64,000 nucleotides of DNA from Candidatus Magasanikiibacteriota bacterium (lineage in GTDB: Bacteria > Patescibacteriota > Patescibacteriia > Magasanikbacterales > UBA922), in contig JABIEQ010000010.1 of assembly GCA_018651085.1 (NCBI GenBank), positions 1,688 through 65,687 on the forward strand, given 5' to 3'. The position numbers and the translations under genes were made by a program. Under the pieces are notes generated by a model. That model was not told where the DNA came from and did no database searches. It saw only the letters and a program-made list of their open reading frames with translations. This document shows positions 27,910 to 37,647 of this stretch, one piece after another (position 1 is the stretch's first letter; each line of letters opens with the position of its first letter).

Positions 27910-30681
27910 ATGTCACCAACTACGTTTTTACAAAAAATTCGTAAACGAAACGGAGCGATTGTCGATTTTTCTTCTGAGAAGGTCATGAAAGCCATGAAAA
28001 AAGCATTTTTAGAAGTGCGTGGTGGCGTTGATGAATTAAAAATGGCGAGCATGTCTGAACATGTTATTCGTCATCTTGAAAAATCTTTTGGTGAGGATGC
28101 TGTGCCTTCAGTTGAACATGTACAAAACACTGTTGAGAGTGTATTGATGGAAGAAGGGTACTATGATGTTGCAAAAGCGTACATCATTTATCGGTATCAA
28201 CATGAAAAAGAACGAGCACAAAAGAAACAAGAGGTGATAGAGAAAATTGAACAAGATGGATTGTTCGTTACGAAACGTAATGGACAACGAGAACGATTTT
28301 CTGATGAAAAATTAAGAGAGTATCTTACGCGATTTATTGGTGGATTTGAAAATGTTATTGATGTTGAAATGCTTGTAAAGCAATGTCGAGTAGAATTATT
28401 TGAACATATTACAACAAAGGAAATTTCTCAGGCACTAGCTCTTGTTACTCGCGCATGTATTGAACAAGATCCTGCGTATTCAAAGGTAGCCGCTCGTATT
28501 GTGCTTGATATGCTCTATAAAGATGCTATTAGTGGTGAATTAGAGTATGAACGCTTTGAAGAACAATACAGAGCAGCATTTAAAACATATATTTATAAAG
28601 GTGTTGAGCTTGGTCGTCTTGATCCACGGATGCTTGTGTTTCCACTTGACGAGTTAGCTGCTCGCATGGATATTGCTCGGGATGATTTATTTGATTACAT
28701 TGGTATTCAGACGTTGTGTGATCGATATTTTGTTCGAGACCCAAATACAGGTCAACTGTTTGAAACACCGCAATTTTTCTTTATGCGTATTGCGATGGGG
28801 CACGCAATTTTAGAAAAAGATAAACTTGAAACGACGACAAAATTTTATGAAATCATGTCTACTCTTCGATACATGAGTTCAACACCAACATTGTTTCATG
28901 CTGGTCTTACGAATCCACAGCTTAGTTCATGTTATTTAACGACAGTAGAAGATGATTTACAGCATATCTTTAAATGTCTTGGAGATAATGCTCAAATGTC
29001 TAAATGGTCAGGTGGACTTGGAAATGATTGGACTAACCTTCGTGGAACTGGTGCACAAATTAAAACAACGGCTGTTGAGTCTCAAGGTGTTATTCCATTT
29101 TTAAAGATTGCGAACGATGTGACTGTTGCTATTAACAGAAGTGGAAAACGCCGTGGGGCAACGTGTGCGTATCTTGAAACATGGCACATTGATATTGAAG
29201 ATTTTATTGAGCTTCGTCGAAACACTGGAGATGAACGGAGAAGAACTCATGACATGAATACATCAAATTGGATTCCTGATTTGTTTATGAAGCGTGTGAG
29301 AGAAGATGGTCAATGGACATTATTTTCTCCCGATGAAACTCCTGATTTACATCATATTTATGGTTCAGCTTTTGAAGAACAATATATTCGGTACGAACAA
29401 ATGGCAAAAGAGGGACGAATTCGTTTGTTTAAGACGATAAAGGCAAAAGATTTGTGGCGGAAAATGATTTCAATGTTATATGAAACAGGACATCCATGGA
29501 TTACTTTTAAAGATCCGTGTAATGTTCGTTCACCACAAGATCATGCTGGTGTTATTCATAGTTCAAATTTGTGTACAGAAATTACGCTTAACACTTCTTC
29601 TGAAGAAACTGCGGTATGTAATTTAGGATCGTTAAACCTTGATCGACTAGTAGTAAACGGTGTGCTTGACGAAGGACTTGTTAAAGACACCGTGAAGACT
29701 GCAATGCGGATGCTTGATAATGTTATTGATATTAACTTTTATCCGACAAAAGAAGGGAAGAAATCAAATATGCGACATCGTCCAGTTGGGCTTGGTGTTC
29801 GTGGGTTTCAAGATGCTTTGTATTTACAAGGAATTAATTTTACGTCAGACGAGTGTGTTGAATTCGCTGATTCGAGTATGGAAATGATTTCGTACTATAC
29901 GATTCTTGCTTCAAGTGATCTTGCTCGTCAACGAGGGGCATATAGATCATTTAGAGGATCAAAATGGGATCGTGGTATTTTGCCACTTGATACATTAGAT
30001 TTGTTAGAAAAAGAGCGTGGAGAGAAGATTCACGTGTCTCGTACGAGTCGATATGATTGGAATGAAGTGCGATCATCGATTAAAAAGCATGGTATGCGTA
30101 ATTCAAACTGTATTGCCGTTGCGCCAAGTGCTTCTACTGCAACATTGTGTGGATGTTTCCCAACGATTGAACCTATCTATAAAAATTTATACGTTAAATC
30201 AAATATGAGTGGGGAATTCACGGTTATTAATAAGTATCTTGTTGAAGATTTGAAGAAATTGAATTTGTGGAATGCTGAAATGGTTTCTCAACTTAAACAA
30301 CATGATGGAAGTGTGGAACACATTACTGTTATCCCACAAAATTTACGAGAGAAATATAAAGAAGTATTTGAAGTTGGTCCACAATGGCTTATCAAAGCAG
30401 CCGCTCATCGTGGTAAATGGGTTGATCAGAGTCAATCATTGAATGTCTTTTATAAAGGAAGTTCAGGGAAAGAATTATCTGACATTTATTTTTACGCATG
30501 GTCTATGGGACTTAAAACCACCTATTACCTTCGGACTATGGCTGCGTCACATGTAGAAAAAAGTACTGTGAATCTTAATGTTGCTGGTGAAAGTAATGCT
30601 TCTAGTAGATTGATGGCAACGACTGGACCTGTGAAAGCTTGTGCTATTGATGATCCTACGTGTGAAGCATGTGAATCATAA
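27910..30681 (+). CDS. nrdA: Class I ribonucleotide reductase alpha subunit with two ATP cones
   Basis: Two ATP cones (IRKRNG, VTKRNG); STPTLFHAG, LSSCY, SSNLCTEI, VCNLGS, LKTTYYLR, C-terminal CEAC. Confidence 0.96.
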   Translation: MSPTTFLQKIRKRNGAIVDFSSEKVMKAMKKAFLEVRGGVDELKMASMSEHVIRHLEKSFGEDAVPSVEHVQNTVESVLMEEGYYDVAKAYIIYRYQHEKERAQKKQEVIEKIEQDGLFVTKRNGQRERFSDEKLREYLTRFIGGFENVIDVEMLVKQCRVELFEHITTKEISQALALVTRACIEQDPAYSKVAARIVLDMLYKDAISGELEYERFEEQYRAAFKTYIYKGVELGRLDPRMLVFPLDELAARMDIARDDLFDYIGIQTLCDRYFVRDPNTGQLFETPQFFFMRIAMGHAILEKDKLETTTKFYEIMSTLRYMSSTPTLFHAGLTNPQLSSCYLTTVEDDLQHIFKCLGDNAQMSKWSGGLGNDWTNLRGTGAQIKTTAVESQGVIPFLKIANDVTVAINRSGKRRGATCAYLETWHIDIEDFIELRRNTGDERRRTHDMNTSNWIPDLFMKRVREDGQWTLFSPDETPDLHHIYGSAFEEQYIRYEQMAKEGRIRLFKTIKAKDLWRKMISMLYETGHPWITFKDPCNVRSPQDHAGVIHSSNLCTEITLNTSSEETAVCNLGSLNLDRLVVNGVLDEGLVKDTVKTAMRMLDNVIDINFYPTKEGKKSNMRHRPVGLGVRGFQDALYLQGINFTSDECVEFADSSMEMISYYTILASSDLARQRGAYRSFRGSKWDRGILPLDTLDLLEKERGEKIHVSRTSRYDWNEVRSSIKKHGMRNSNCIAVAPSASTATLCGCFPTIEPIYKNLYVKSNMSGEFTVINKYLVEDLKKLNLWNAEMVSQLKQHDGSVEHITVIPQNLREKYKEVFEVGPQWLIKAAAHRGKWVDQSQSLNVFYKGSSGKELSDIYFYAWSMGLKTTYYLRTMAASHVEKSTVNLNVAGESNASSRLMATTGPVKACAIDDPTCEACES

Positions 30682-30708
30682 TTTGTTTTGATAATATATT
30701 TTATAGAT

Positions 30709-31719
30709 ATGAATAAGGCTGGTATTTTGAACAATTCAACTATTGATCCAAATAAAATTCTCCCGATGCGATATCCCTGGGCGAGAGAATATTATAAAAC
30801 AGGAGTGAATAATAACTGGGTACCTGAAGAAGTTCCAATGATGGATGATATTGAATTATGGAAAAAATCTCCAGAACGAGGGGGATTGACACCAGAAGAA
30901 CGACGAATGATCCTCTGGAATTTAGGATTTTTCTCTACTGCTGAAAGTCTGACGGCAAATAATATTGTCTTAGCAGTGTATCGTCATGTGACAAACCCTG
31001 AATGTCGTCAATATTTGCTTCGTCAGGCGTTTGAAGAAGCAATTCATACGGACATGTTTATCTATTGTAGTGATTCCTTGGGGCTTGATCCTGATGAAAT
31101 TTACTCAATGTATGAAAGTGTTCCATCAATTAAAGCAAAGGATGATTTTGTCATTGGTATGACTTCATCAATCATGGATCCAAACTTTAAAACAGATACA
31201 ACAGAAAATATTCAGAAATTTATCCATGATTTATTTGGGTATTACGTGATTATGGAAGGAGTGTTTTTTTATGCTGGGTTTGCGATGATGTTGCAACTTT
31301 TGCGTCAGCAAAAAATGGTTGGTATTGGAGAACAGTTTCAATACACCCTTCGTGACGAATCAGTGCATTTAGCATTTGGGTCTGATCTTATTAATACTAT
31401 TGTACAAGAAAATTCTGAAGTGTGGACTGATTCATTTAAACAAGATTTAGCTGATAAAATGAAAGTAGCTGTTGATTTAGAAGATGCGTATGCACAAGAT
31501 TGTTTGCCTCGTGGAATTATGGGAATGAATGCAGAAATTATTAGGCAATATCTCGAGCACATTGCTGACAGACGACTTGAACGTATTGGCTTAGAAAAGA
31601 TTTATGGTGCTACAAATCCATTTCCTTGGATGAGTGAAATTATGGATCTTAAAAAAGAAAAGAATTTCTTTGAGACGCGTGTCACAGAATACCAAACTGC
31701 AGGAAATTTGGACTGGTAA
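30709..31719 (+). CDS. nrdB: Ribonucleotide reductase beta subunit, class Ic-type (R2c)
   Basis: NNWVPEEV, FFSTAESL, EEAIHTDMF, MEGVFFY, RDESVH, NFFETRVTEY. Confidence 0.93.
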   Translation: MNKAGILNNSTIDPNKILPMRYPWAREYYKTGVNNNWVPEEVPMMDDIELWKKSPERGGLTPEERRMILWNLGFFSTAESLTANNIVLAVYRHVTNPECRQYLLRQAFEEAIHTDMFIYCSDSLGLDPDEIYSMYESVPSIKAKDDFVIGMTSSIMDPNFKTDTTENIQKFIHDLFGYYVIMEGVFFYAGFAMMLQLLRQQKMVGIGEQFQYTLRDESVHLAFGSDLINTIVQENSEVWTDSFKQDLADKMKVAVDLEDAYAQDCLPRGIMGMNAEIIRQYLEHIADRRLERIGLEKIYGATNPFPWMSEIMDLKKEKNFFETRVTEYQTAGNLDW

Positions 31720-31738
31720 CACCTTCTACTTGTCGTGG

Positions 31739-31773
31739 TTAACAATACCCACCGATTTGGTGGGTATTGTTAA
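31739..31773 (+). terminator. Terminator after nrdB
   Basis: TTAACAATACCCACC-gattt-GGTGGGTATTGTTAA perfect inverted repeat. Confidence 0.75.
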
Positions 31774-31830
31774 TTTATCTAGATCTTGATTTTCTTTGTG
31801 TCTCGTGCTAAAGTGACATCACTTTTTCAC

Positions 31831-31913
31831 GGGTCAGTGGTGGAATTGGTATACACGCGAGACTTAAAATCTCGTCCGGTTTCCGGATGCGGGTTCGATT
31901 CCCGCCTGACCCA
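31831..31913 (+). tRNA. tRNA-Leu(TAA), CCA not encoded
   Basis: GGGTCAG/CTGACCC acceptor stem, anticodon arm CGAGA-CTTAAAA-TCTCG, long variable arm TCCGG-ttt-CCGGA, T-loop GTTCGATTC. Confidence 0.95.
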
Positions 31914-31942
31914 CAGTAAAAAAGCCCCATACGGGGCTTTTT

Positions 31943-33049
31943 TTAGTTTCGTTGTAAATCTTTTTTATAATGTTCTGAGTAGATCGATAGAACAGAAAGG
32001 AATAATGCGGCGATAATTGGTCCAATAACAAAGCCTGAGACCCCGAAGACGATGATTCCCCCTAAGGTTGAAAAGAGAATAATTACAGGGTGCATTTGGG
32101 TGTCTTTTCCAATTAATGGTGGACGAAGGAGGTTATCTATCATACTTATGACTATGCCTCCAAATAGTAGTATAAGGATACCTTCCCAAGTGTTTCCAAG
32201 AGCAAGCATAATGACTCCTGCTGGAAACCAAACAAGAAAAGCACCAATTGCCGGAATGATTGATAAAATAACCATGATTATTGCCCAAACAAAGGCTCCT
32301 TCAATACCAGTGATCCAGAAGATGATTCCTCCAAGAGCCCCTTGAATTCCCCCGACAATGAGTGTACTTTTTAGTGTTGCTTTTGTTGTTGATGTAAATT
32401 TTTCAAAGAGTTTATGTTCATATTTATCACCAAGAGGGGATAGATATGAGGCTTTTTCAAGTATTGATTTCCCGTCTTTAAGAAAGTAATACAAACAGTA
32501 AAACATGATAAAGACCATTGCAATGAATTTGAGTGCCGTTGTTGTGAGATTTTTTATGTTTTCTAAGAGTGTAAAAAATTCTTTTGTATTTTCAAAAATA
32601 AAAAGACTTGTTTTTTCTGCAGCTTGATTTGCGTATTCTACCCAGGTTCCTCTGATATTTAAAAGAAGTGGTTCAAGAAAACTTCCCTCAAACCTTGTGG
32701 ATATAGTATTTACATCTAAAAATGTTTCTGGGTTTGTGGTTACTGTTTGATAGAGGTTAATTGATTGTGTTGTAGTAAGAAATGTAATCAAGGAGAGTGG
32801 AATAAAGAGAGTTACGATAATAAGAAGAATAGTTATCATCGTATTTAGGCTTGGAATAGTTATGTATTTTCCTAAAAATTTATACAATGGATAGAACATG
32901 ACGGCAATTACTGCAGCCCAAAAGATTGGATAAAAGAATGGACGAAATAAATATAGGAGTCCTACTCCGAGTAATCCTAAAATGCTAAAAAAGAAAATTC
33001 GTCGCATGGAGTCAAACTTGTTTGATGGTTTTTTTCTTGATGGTGGCAT
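31943..33049 (-). CDS. AI-2E family transporter
   Basis: Multi-TM; LSIIPAIGAFLVWFP, IDNLLRPPLIG...HP..ILFSTLGGI..FG..GFVIGP. Confidence 0.9.
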   Translation of the reverse strand: MPPSRKKPSNKFDSMRRIFFFSILGLLGVGLLYLFRPFFYPIFWAAVIAVMFYPLYKFLGKYITIPSLNTMITILLIIVTLFIPLSLITFLTTTQSINLYQTVTTNPETFLDVNTISTRFEGSFLEPLLLNIRGTWVEYANQAAEKTSLFIFENTKEFFTLLENIKNLTTTALKFIAMVFIMFYCLYYFLKDGKSILEKASYLSPLGDKYEHKLFEKFTSTTKATLKSTLIVGGIQGALGGIIFWITGIEGAFVWAIIMVILSIIPAIGAFLVWFPAGVIMLALGNTWEGILILLFGGIVISMIDNLLRPPLIGKDTQMHPVIILFSTLGGIIVFGVSGFVIGPIIAALFLSVLSIYSEHYKKDLQRN

Positions 33050-33113
33050 AAAATGAAATTAAAACTTTTTTTCAGTATACCATTTTTATATCAGTAATCG
33101 AAGGATGCTCTTT

Positions 33114-33845
33114 TTACACAATGTTTTCTTTTTTTACAAAGCGCCATCTTCCTGGGGGAAGTGTTCCAATAGTAAGTTTGGCCATTTGTATTCTTTTTAG
33201 TCCTGTGATGCTATATCCAAGTCGTCCAAACATTTTACGGACTTGTCTGTTTTTTCCTTCATGAAGAACAACGGTGACAACTGTTCGTTTTCCTCTTATA
33301 CTTTCATTTGTAATTTTAATTCCTTTTACGCGTTTGTCTCCTAACGTCATTCCTTTTGTTAATATGTCTTTTGCGTCTCTTGTTAGAGGTTTGTCAATTG
33401 TCACCTCATATAGCTTTGTATGTTCATACCGTGGATGGGTGAGTTTGTTTGTAAGTTCTCCATCATTTGTAAGAAGTACTAATCCTTCTGAATCTTTGTC
33501 GAGGCGTCCTACTGGATATACTCTTTCTTTTACGTCTACACCAAATTTTGGTTTAATGTTATTTTCTTTTACCAGTAGATCTATCACAGAAGCTCCTTGT
33601 GCGCTTGTGGTGGTTGTAATGTAATCTACGGGCTTATTAAGAGCAATGTATATGTTTTTCCCTTTCTTAAGGGGTTTTTCTCCAAGTATGTCTACTTCAT
33701 CTTTTTTGGGGTTTACCTTTGTCCCAAATTTTGTTATTACTTTTCCATTTACTTTTACGCGCCCTGCTTCAATGAGTATCTCTGCTTTTCTTCTTGAACA
33801 AATACCGAGGTCTGCAATATGTTTTTGTAGTCGGATAAGGGTCAT
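33114..33845 (-). CDS. rRNA pseudouridine synthase (RsuA/RluB family)
   Basis: S4 domain IRLQKHIADLGICSRRKAE; LNKPVDY, VGRLDKDSEGL, EGKNRQVRKM. Confidence 0.93.
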   Translation of the reverse strand: MTLIRLQKHIADLGICSRRKAEILIEAGRVKVNGKVITKFGTKVNPKKDEVDILGEKPLKKGKNIYIALNKPVDYITTTTSAQGASVIDLLVKENNIKPKFGVDVKERVYPVGRLDKDSEGLVLLTNDGELTNKLTHPRYEHTKLYEVTIDKPLTRDAKDILTKGMTLGDKRVKGIKITNESIRGKRTVVTVVLHEGKNRQVRKMFGRLGYSITGLKRIQMAKLTIGTLPPGRWRFVKKENIV

Positions 33846-33916
33846 AGGGGTTGATTAAGTTAGGGTTTTATGGTACATATGGGGTTGGACGCACATTGTT
33901 GTGCGAAGGAGATAAC

Positions 33917-34204
33917 ATGGACGATAGATTGTCTGGTCTCAACTTTTTTTATGTGAGGGCGCAATTGTCTTCTTGGGGCTTGATCCCTGACGAAGACAGG
34001 GAGCGTATCCTTCAAGAAGTGGACGCAGCTCGTCAGGATCCACCTAACCTCGAGGAAGAAGATCCTCAGGGTACGAAGGCTTCTATTTCTGATGGGGATC
34101 TCAAGAGGATCCTTGGAGAGCTTCAGGGCCCCTTCAATCAGATGTGGGATGATTGGATACGAGCAACCGCTGAGATGGGAGGGTATGATCTTGACTCCTT
34201 GTAG
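33917..34204 (+). CDS. Small acidic hypothetical protein, GC-rich islet
   Basis: AAGGAG SD before ATG at 33917 (MDDRLSG); GC-rich; followed by two strong hairpins at 34204-34266. Confidence 0.65.
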   Translation: MDDRLSGLNFFYVRAQLSSWGLIPDEDRERILQEVDAARQDPPNLEEEDPQGTKASISDGDLKRILGELQGPFNQMWDDWIRATAEMGGYDLDSL

Positions 34205-34537
34205 CCTGTGAAGGGAGCACGGGCTTCGGGTACGACGGTAAGGCGACATGCTTTGCCGTCGTCACCTTGCCTATTTTTGTATAGTAATTATTTTTCTCTT
34301 TTTTAAGTATTTTTCAATAGTGTTATGAAGCGCGATGTAATGCATCGTGTTTTTATATATCTTTAGTTAACCGTATTTAGTCTTTTTTAGCAATGGGGGT
34401 ATATATTGACAGTCGTCTTTATCTATGATAATTATTTTTTTAAGGTCCTGTGTGCATGTATGGGGCTTTGTTATTTGTATTTTTTTGTTTGGGTTGATAT
34501 AGTCTGGGTAGTTTGGGACTTTCATAGGAGGTTCATT

Positions 34538-34852
34538 GTGGTTAGGAAAAATGGTGTGAAAAGGAAGGGGTTCAAACAAAAAGGGTATGTCGATATTCTT
34601 CGCGAAGGTCCGCGAATGTCTGTTGATGGAACCTTTCTTAGAGAAGGAGATAGGAGGAGACTGGGTGTCCGTTGGTTTACTCGCTTTGAGAAGCGAAGTA
34701 AGGGGGCTCGAGAAATCTTCGTGATTGAAGAACACCGTGGTAGCAGGGAGAAAAGAGTTCTGCACCAGCTGCTGGTTCATCACGATGGACTCTATCGGGT
34801 CTCACGAAGAGGGATCATACTTCTCGAAGAAAGTAACCGCGCTACAGGGTGA
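34538..34852 (+). CDS. Small basic hypothetical protein, GC-rich islet
   Basis: AGGAGG 6 nt before GTG at 34538, in frame with track ORF 34406..34852; R/K-rich. Confidence 0.6.
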   Translation: MVRKNGVKRKGFKQKGYVDILREGPRMSVDGTFLREGDRRRLGVRWFTRFEKRSKGAREIFVIEEHRGSREKRVLHQLLVHHDGLYRVSRRGIILLEESNRATG

Positions 34853-34949
34853 GATCTGGGGCGTTAGCGAGGGCTCAGTCTTCGCGTTAGTTATAATAAG
34901 TGTATTGTTCTTACTAACGAAAACACCACCCTTATTGGGTGGTGTTTGG

Positions 34950-35903
34950 TTATGCACGGATGATAGCAAAAGCGATATAGGTAATATATAACAGGACGAA
35001 AAGCCACCCTTGCCATCGTTTGAGTTGGTGCTTGGGTCCAATAAACATGAAGGCAAAAAGAAGAAATGTAATAAAACAGGTAAATAATACGTCAGTATTT
35101 ATTGCAACATTAAATGGAAGTGGTTTGATGAGTGCTGTAATTCCTAATATCCAAAAGACATTGAAAATGTTTGATCCAATAGCATTTCCAATAGCAAGAT
35201 CAGTGTGTCCTTGGCGTATTGCTGATACTGTGGTTGCAAGTTCTGGTAGCGATGTTCCAATTGCTACAATGGTAAGACCAATAATTCTTTCACTTAACCC
35301 GGCCTGTGTCGCTAGAATTATTGCATTATCTACAATCCATTTTCCTCCAAGGACAAGACCAACAATTCCTATAGCAAACATGAATAGTGATGTTGACCAG
35401 TTGTATGTTTCTACTTCTTCTTTTTCTGTCTCTACCTTAGAGATGCCATAGACATGGTAAAGAAATATGATGAAAAATAAGAGGAATATCATTCCGTCAG
35501 CACGGCTTAATACGTTTACTGATGTGTGATTTAAAAATCCATCGTTTCCCATGATAGCTACAACAAAAATTGCGAGTAGGGCAAAGGGTATTTCTTTGTA
35601 AGTAGTGCCCCTTTTTATTTTTAAGGTTTTAATTATCGCTCCAATTCCTAGAATAAGAAGGATGTTTGCCATGTTACTTCCGATAATGTTGGCAATTGCT
35701 AAATCAGTAGTTCCTTTAGTAGCTGAAAGAAGGTTTACAACAAGTTCTGGTGCAGATGTACCAAAGGCAACAACAGTAAATCCAATTGCAATTGCTGAAA
35801 TACCAAATCGTTTTGCGATAGATGCTGATCCACGGACAAGCATTTCTGCTCCACCAATTAAAATGGCGAGACCAAGAATAAGAAAGAGAATAGGGATAAT
35901 CAT
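34950..35903 (-). CDS. Calcium/sodium antiporter (CaCA, YrbG-like)
   Basis: Alpha-repeat motifs VAFGTSAPEL...NIIGSN and VAIGTSLPEL...NAIGSNIFN. Confidence 0.93.
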   Translation of the reverse strand: MIIPILFLILGLAILIGGAEMLVRGSASIAKRFGISAIAIGFTVVAFGTSAPELVVNLLSATKGTTDLAIANIIGSNMANILLILGIGAIIKTLKIKRGTTYKEIPFALLAIFVVAIMGNDGFLNHTSVNVLSRADGMIFLLFFIIFLYHVYGISKVETEKEEVETYNWSTSLFMFAIGIVGLVLGGKWIVDNAIILATQAGLSERIIGLTIVAIGTSLPELATTVSAIRQGHTDLAIGNAIGSNIFNVFWILGITALIKPLPFNVAINTDVLFTCFITFLLFAFMFIGPKHQLKRWQGWLFVLLYITYIAFAIIRA

Positions 35904-36030
35904 AATGATTTTAATATTGCGATAAGTATATCGTTCTTTGTTGTTTCTCTCAACTTTTTGCGGTTTTTTGTATTTTTTGGTAGGGTGTAAGTAACTTTCA
36001 AATCAACCAGCTTTTGTGGGAGGGGCTTAC

Positions 36031-36282
36031 ATGACGACTTTGGATAGAGGCCATTATTCATACGGAACTGTGGTTCAGGTTGAGAAGGATGGAGCGCTGA
36101 CTTTGTATTTTCAGTACCACCCTGTTCCCGGTCGTGAACATTGGATTGTCGTTGTGCCCGAAGAAAAAAGAGGATACCTTCGGGTGGGTTCGAGTTTCTA
36201 TCAGCGGCGTCCCTTTAAGAGTGAGGGAATCACCATCGTCGAGAGGTATTTCACACAGTTGGTTCAGGTTCACGGAGGGTAG
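36031..36282 (+). CDS. Small beta-rich hypothetical protein, GC-rich islet
   Basis: GGAGG SD before ATG at 36031 (MTTLDRG); GC-richer than its flanks. Confidence 0.6.
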   Translation: MTTLDRGHYSYGTVVQVEKDGALTLYFQYHPVPGREHWIVVVPEEKRGYLRVGSSFYQRRPFKSEGITIVERYFTQLVQVHGG

Positions 36283-36322
36283 GATTCTGTTTGAAAGTGT
36301 TAGCGGCGTATATTACTCCGCT

Positions 36323-37279
36323 TCACTGTTTTATAATGATATATAGGATTGCTCGGAAAGTGGATCTGACAATAAACCAGTGGGCTTTTATACTAAACAA
36401 TATGGTTTGCCACTTGGAAAGGTGTATTTCTCCCCATTTTATATTGATAGCTTTTTTAAATAATAAAAAATCTTTTGGGGTAAGTGACCCTTTTGTGTGG
36501 TCAAGTTGTATATGGAAAAGGGCACTAAGGGACATTGTAAATTCTTCAAGGAGTATTTTTTTGTTTTTTTCTATTTTTTCGTCTCTATTCATTTTTTTGT
36601 ATTGATCAATGGTTCCTAGGAGTCCGTCTATATGATATAGGAGCGCTTTTGTGGTGTAGCTCACAGACTTCTTTGTCGAAATTGGGCTTAAAAGTATCCC
36701 AAATTTACTTAAAAATAATGGTGCGAGGCTAATACGAAGTCGATCGAGTTTTGTAATAGTAATATCTATCTCTTGTCTAATGTCTCGTCCATAAAGGACT
36801 TCTCCTTCTTGCTTAAATTTTAAAAAGACAGATCGTTGAGGAATAAGAAGATGTTTTCCAATATTTATAAGAGGATTGTCGCTTTTTATATTTCCTTTTT
36901 TCCAATCAATGTCCCCTTTTACAAATACAAACACTGGGACGTAAAGAAAACTTGCCGCTTCAAGTGTTTGGAGGGTTTTTTCTAGTATTTTTTCTTCCTT
37001 AGAACTTGTTGAAAGTGATTCGTGGAATCCTAAATCTTTATATTGATTCGTAATGCGCCAAAAAATGTCCGTTGCCGTTTTTTCTATAAATGCTTTGTCT
37101 TCTTTATTATAAATTTGGATAATAATATCAACATCACTTTTATTTGGGACGAATTCTTTTCGAACGGCTGAGCCGTAGATGATAATAAAATCTATTTTGT
37201 CTGCGCACGTTGCAACAACATTATTTCTAAATGCTCTAATAAATTGCCAGACTCGTTCTTGTGCGTGTTTTTTGTTCAT
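36323..37279 (-). CDS. Pol-beta superfamily nucleotidyltransferase domain protein
   Basis: IDFIIIYGSAVRKEFVPNKSDVDIII (hGS-x10-DhD) followed by a helical C-terminal region. Confidence 0.8.
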   Translation of the reverse strand: MNKKHAQERVWQFIRAFRNNVVATCADKIDFIIIYGSAVRKEFVPNKSDVDIIIQIYNKEDKAFIEKTATDIFWRITNQYKDLGFHESLSTSSKEEKILEKTLQTLEAASFLYVPVFVFVKGDIDWKKGNIKSDNPLINIGKHLLIPQRSVFLKFKQEGEVLYGRDIRQEIDITITKLDRLRISLAPLFLSKFGILLSPISTKKSVSYTTKALLYHIDGLLGTIDQYKKMNRDEKIEKNKKILLEEFTMSLSALFHIQLDHTKGSLTPKDFLLFKKAINIKWGEIHLSKWQTILFSIKAHWFIVRSTFRAILYIIIKQ

Positions 37280-37294
37280 ACAATGCTGTTTGTG

Positions 37295-37624
37295 TTATCT
37301 ATTGTCTCCGTTTCCTTGTAGTTTATTTCTTTTTTGGCGAGATGCAAGCTTTTCGAGATTTTCTTTTGCAATGGTTTCTAAAGGAATACCTAATTCAATT
37401 GAAACCTGACTTAGGTACCATAATACATCGCCTAGTTCTTTACCAATGTCTTGTCTTCTTTCTTCACTCATGACACCGTTATTGTCTCTGATTATTTTTT
37501 TTACTTTTCCTGCCACTTCTCCTGCTTCATTTACTAATCCAAGTGTCGGATAGATGATATTTTCTCCTTTATTGGGATAAATAGCCGTTGTTTTTGCTTG
37601 GCTTTGGTATGTAGTAAAATCCAT
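37295..37624 (-). CDS. MazG-like nucleoside triphosphate pyrophosphohydrolase
   Basis: YQSQAKTTA, LGLVNEAGEVAGKVKK, KELGDVLWY, NLEKLASR. Confidence 0.9.
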   Translation of the reverse strand: MDFTTYQSQAKTTAIYPNKGENIIYPTLGLVNEAGEVAGKVKKIIRDNNGVMSEERRQDIGKELGDVLWYLSQVSIELGIPLETIAKENLEKLASRQKRNKLQGNGDNR

Positions 37625-37647
37625 AGTGTTTTATTACGTATTGTCTA

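Noticed and set aside
27910-30681. Inteins or introns in nrdA (also checked polA, recA, rpoB, rpoC)
   Set aside because: Lengths are normal, motifs are contiguous, and no intein or LAGLIDADG signatures are visible; the extra NrdA length is a second ATP cone.
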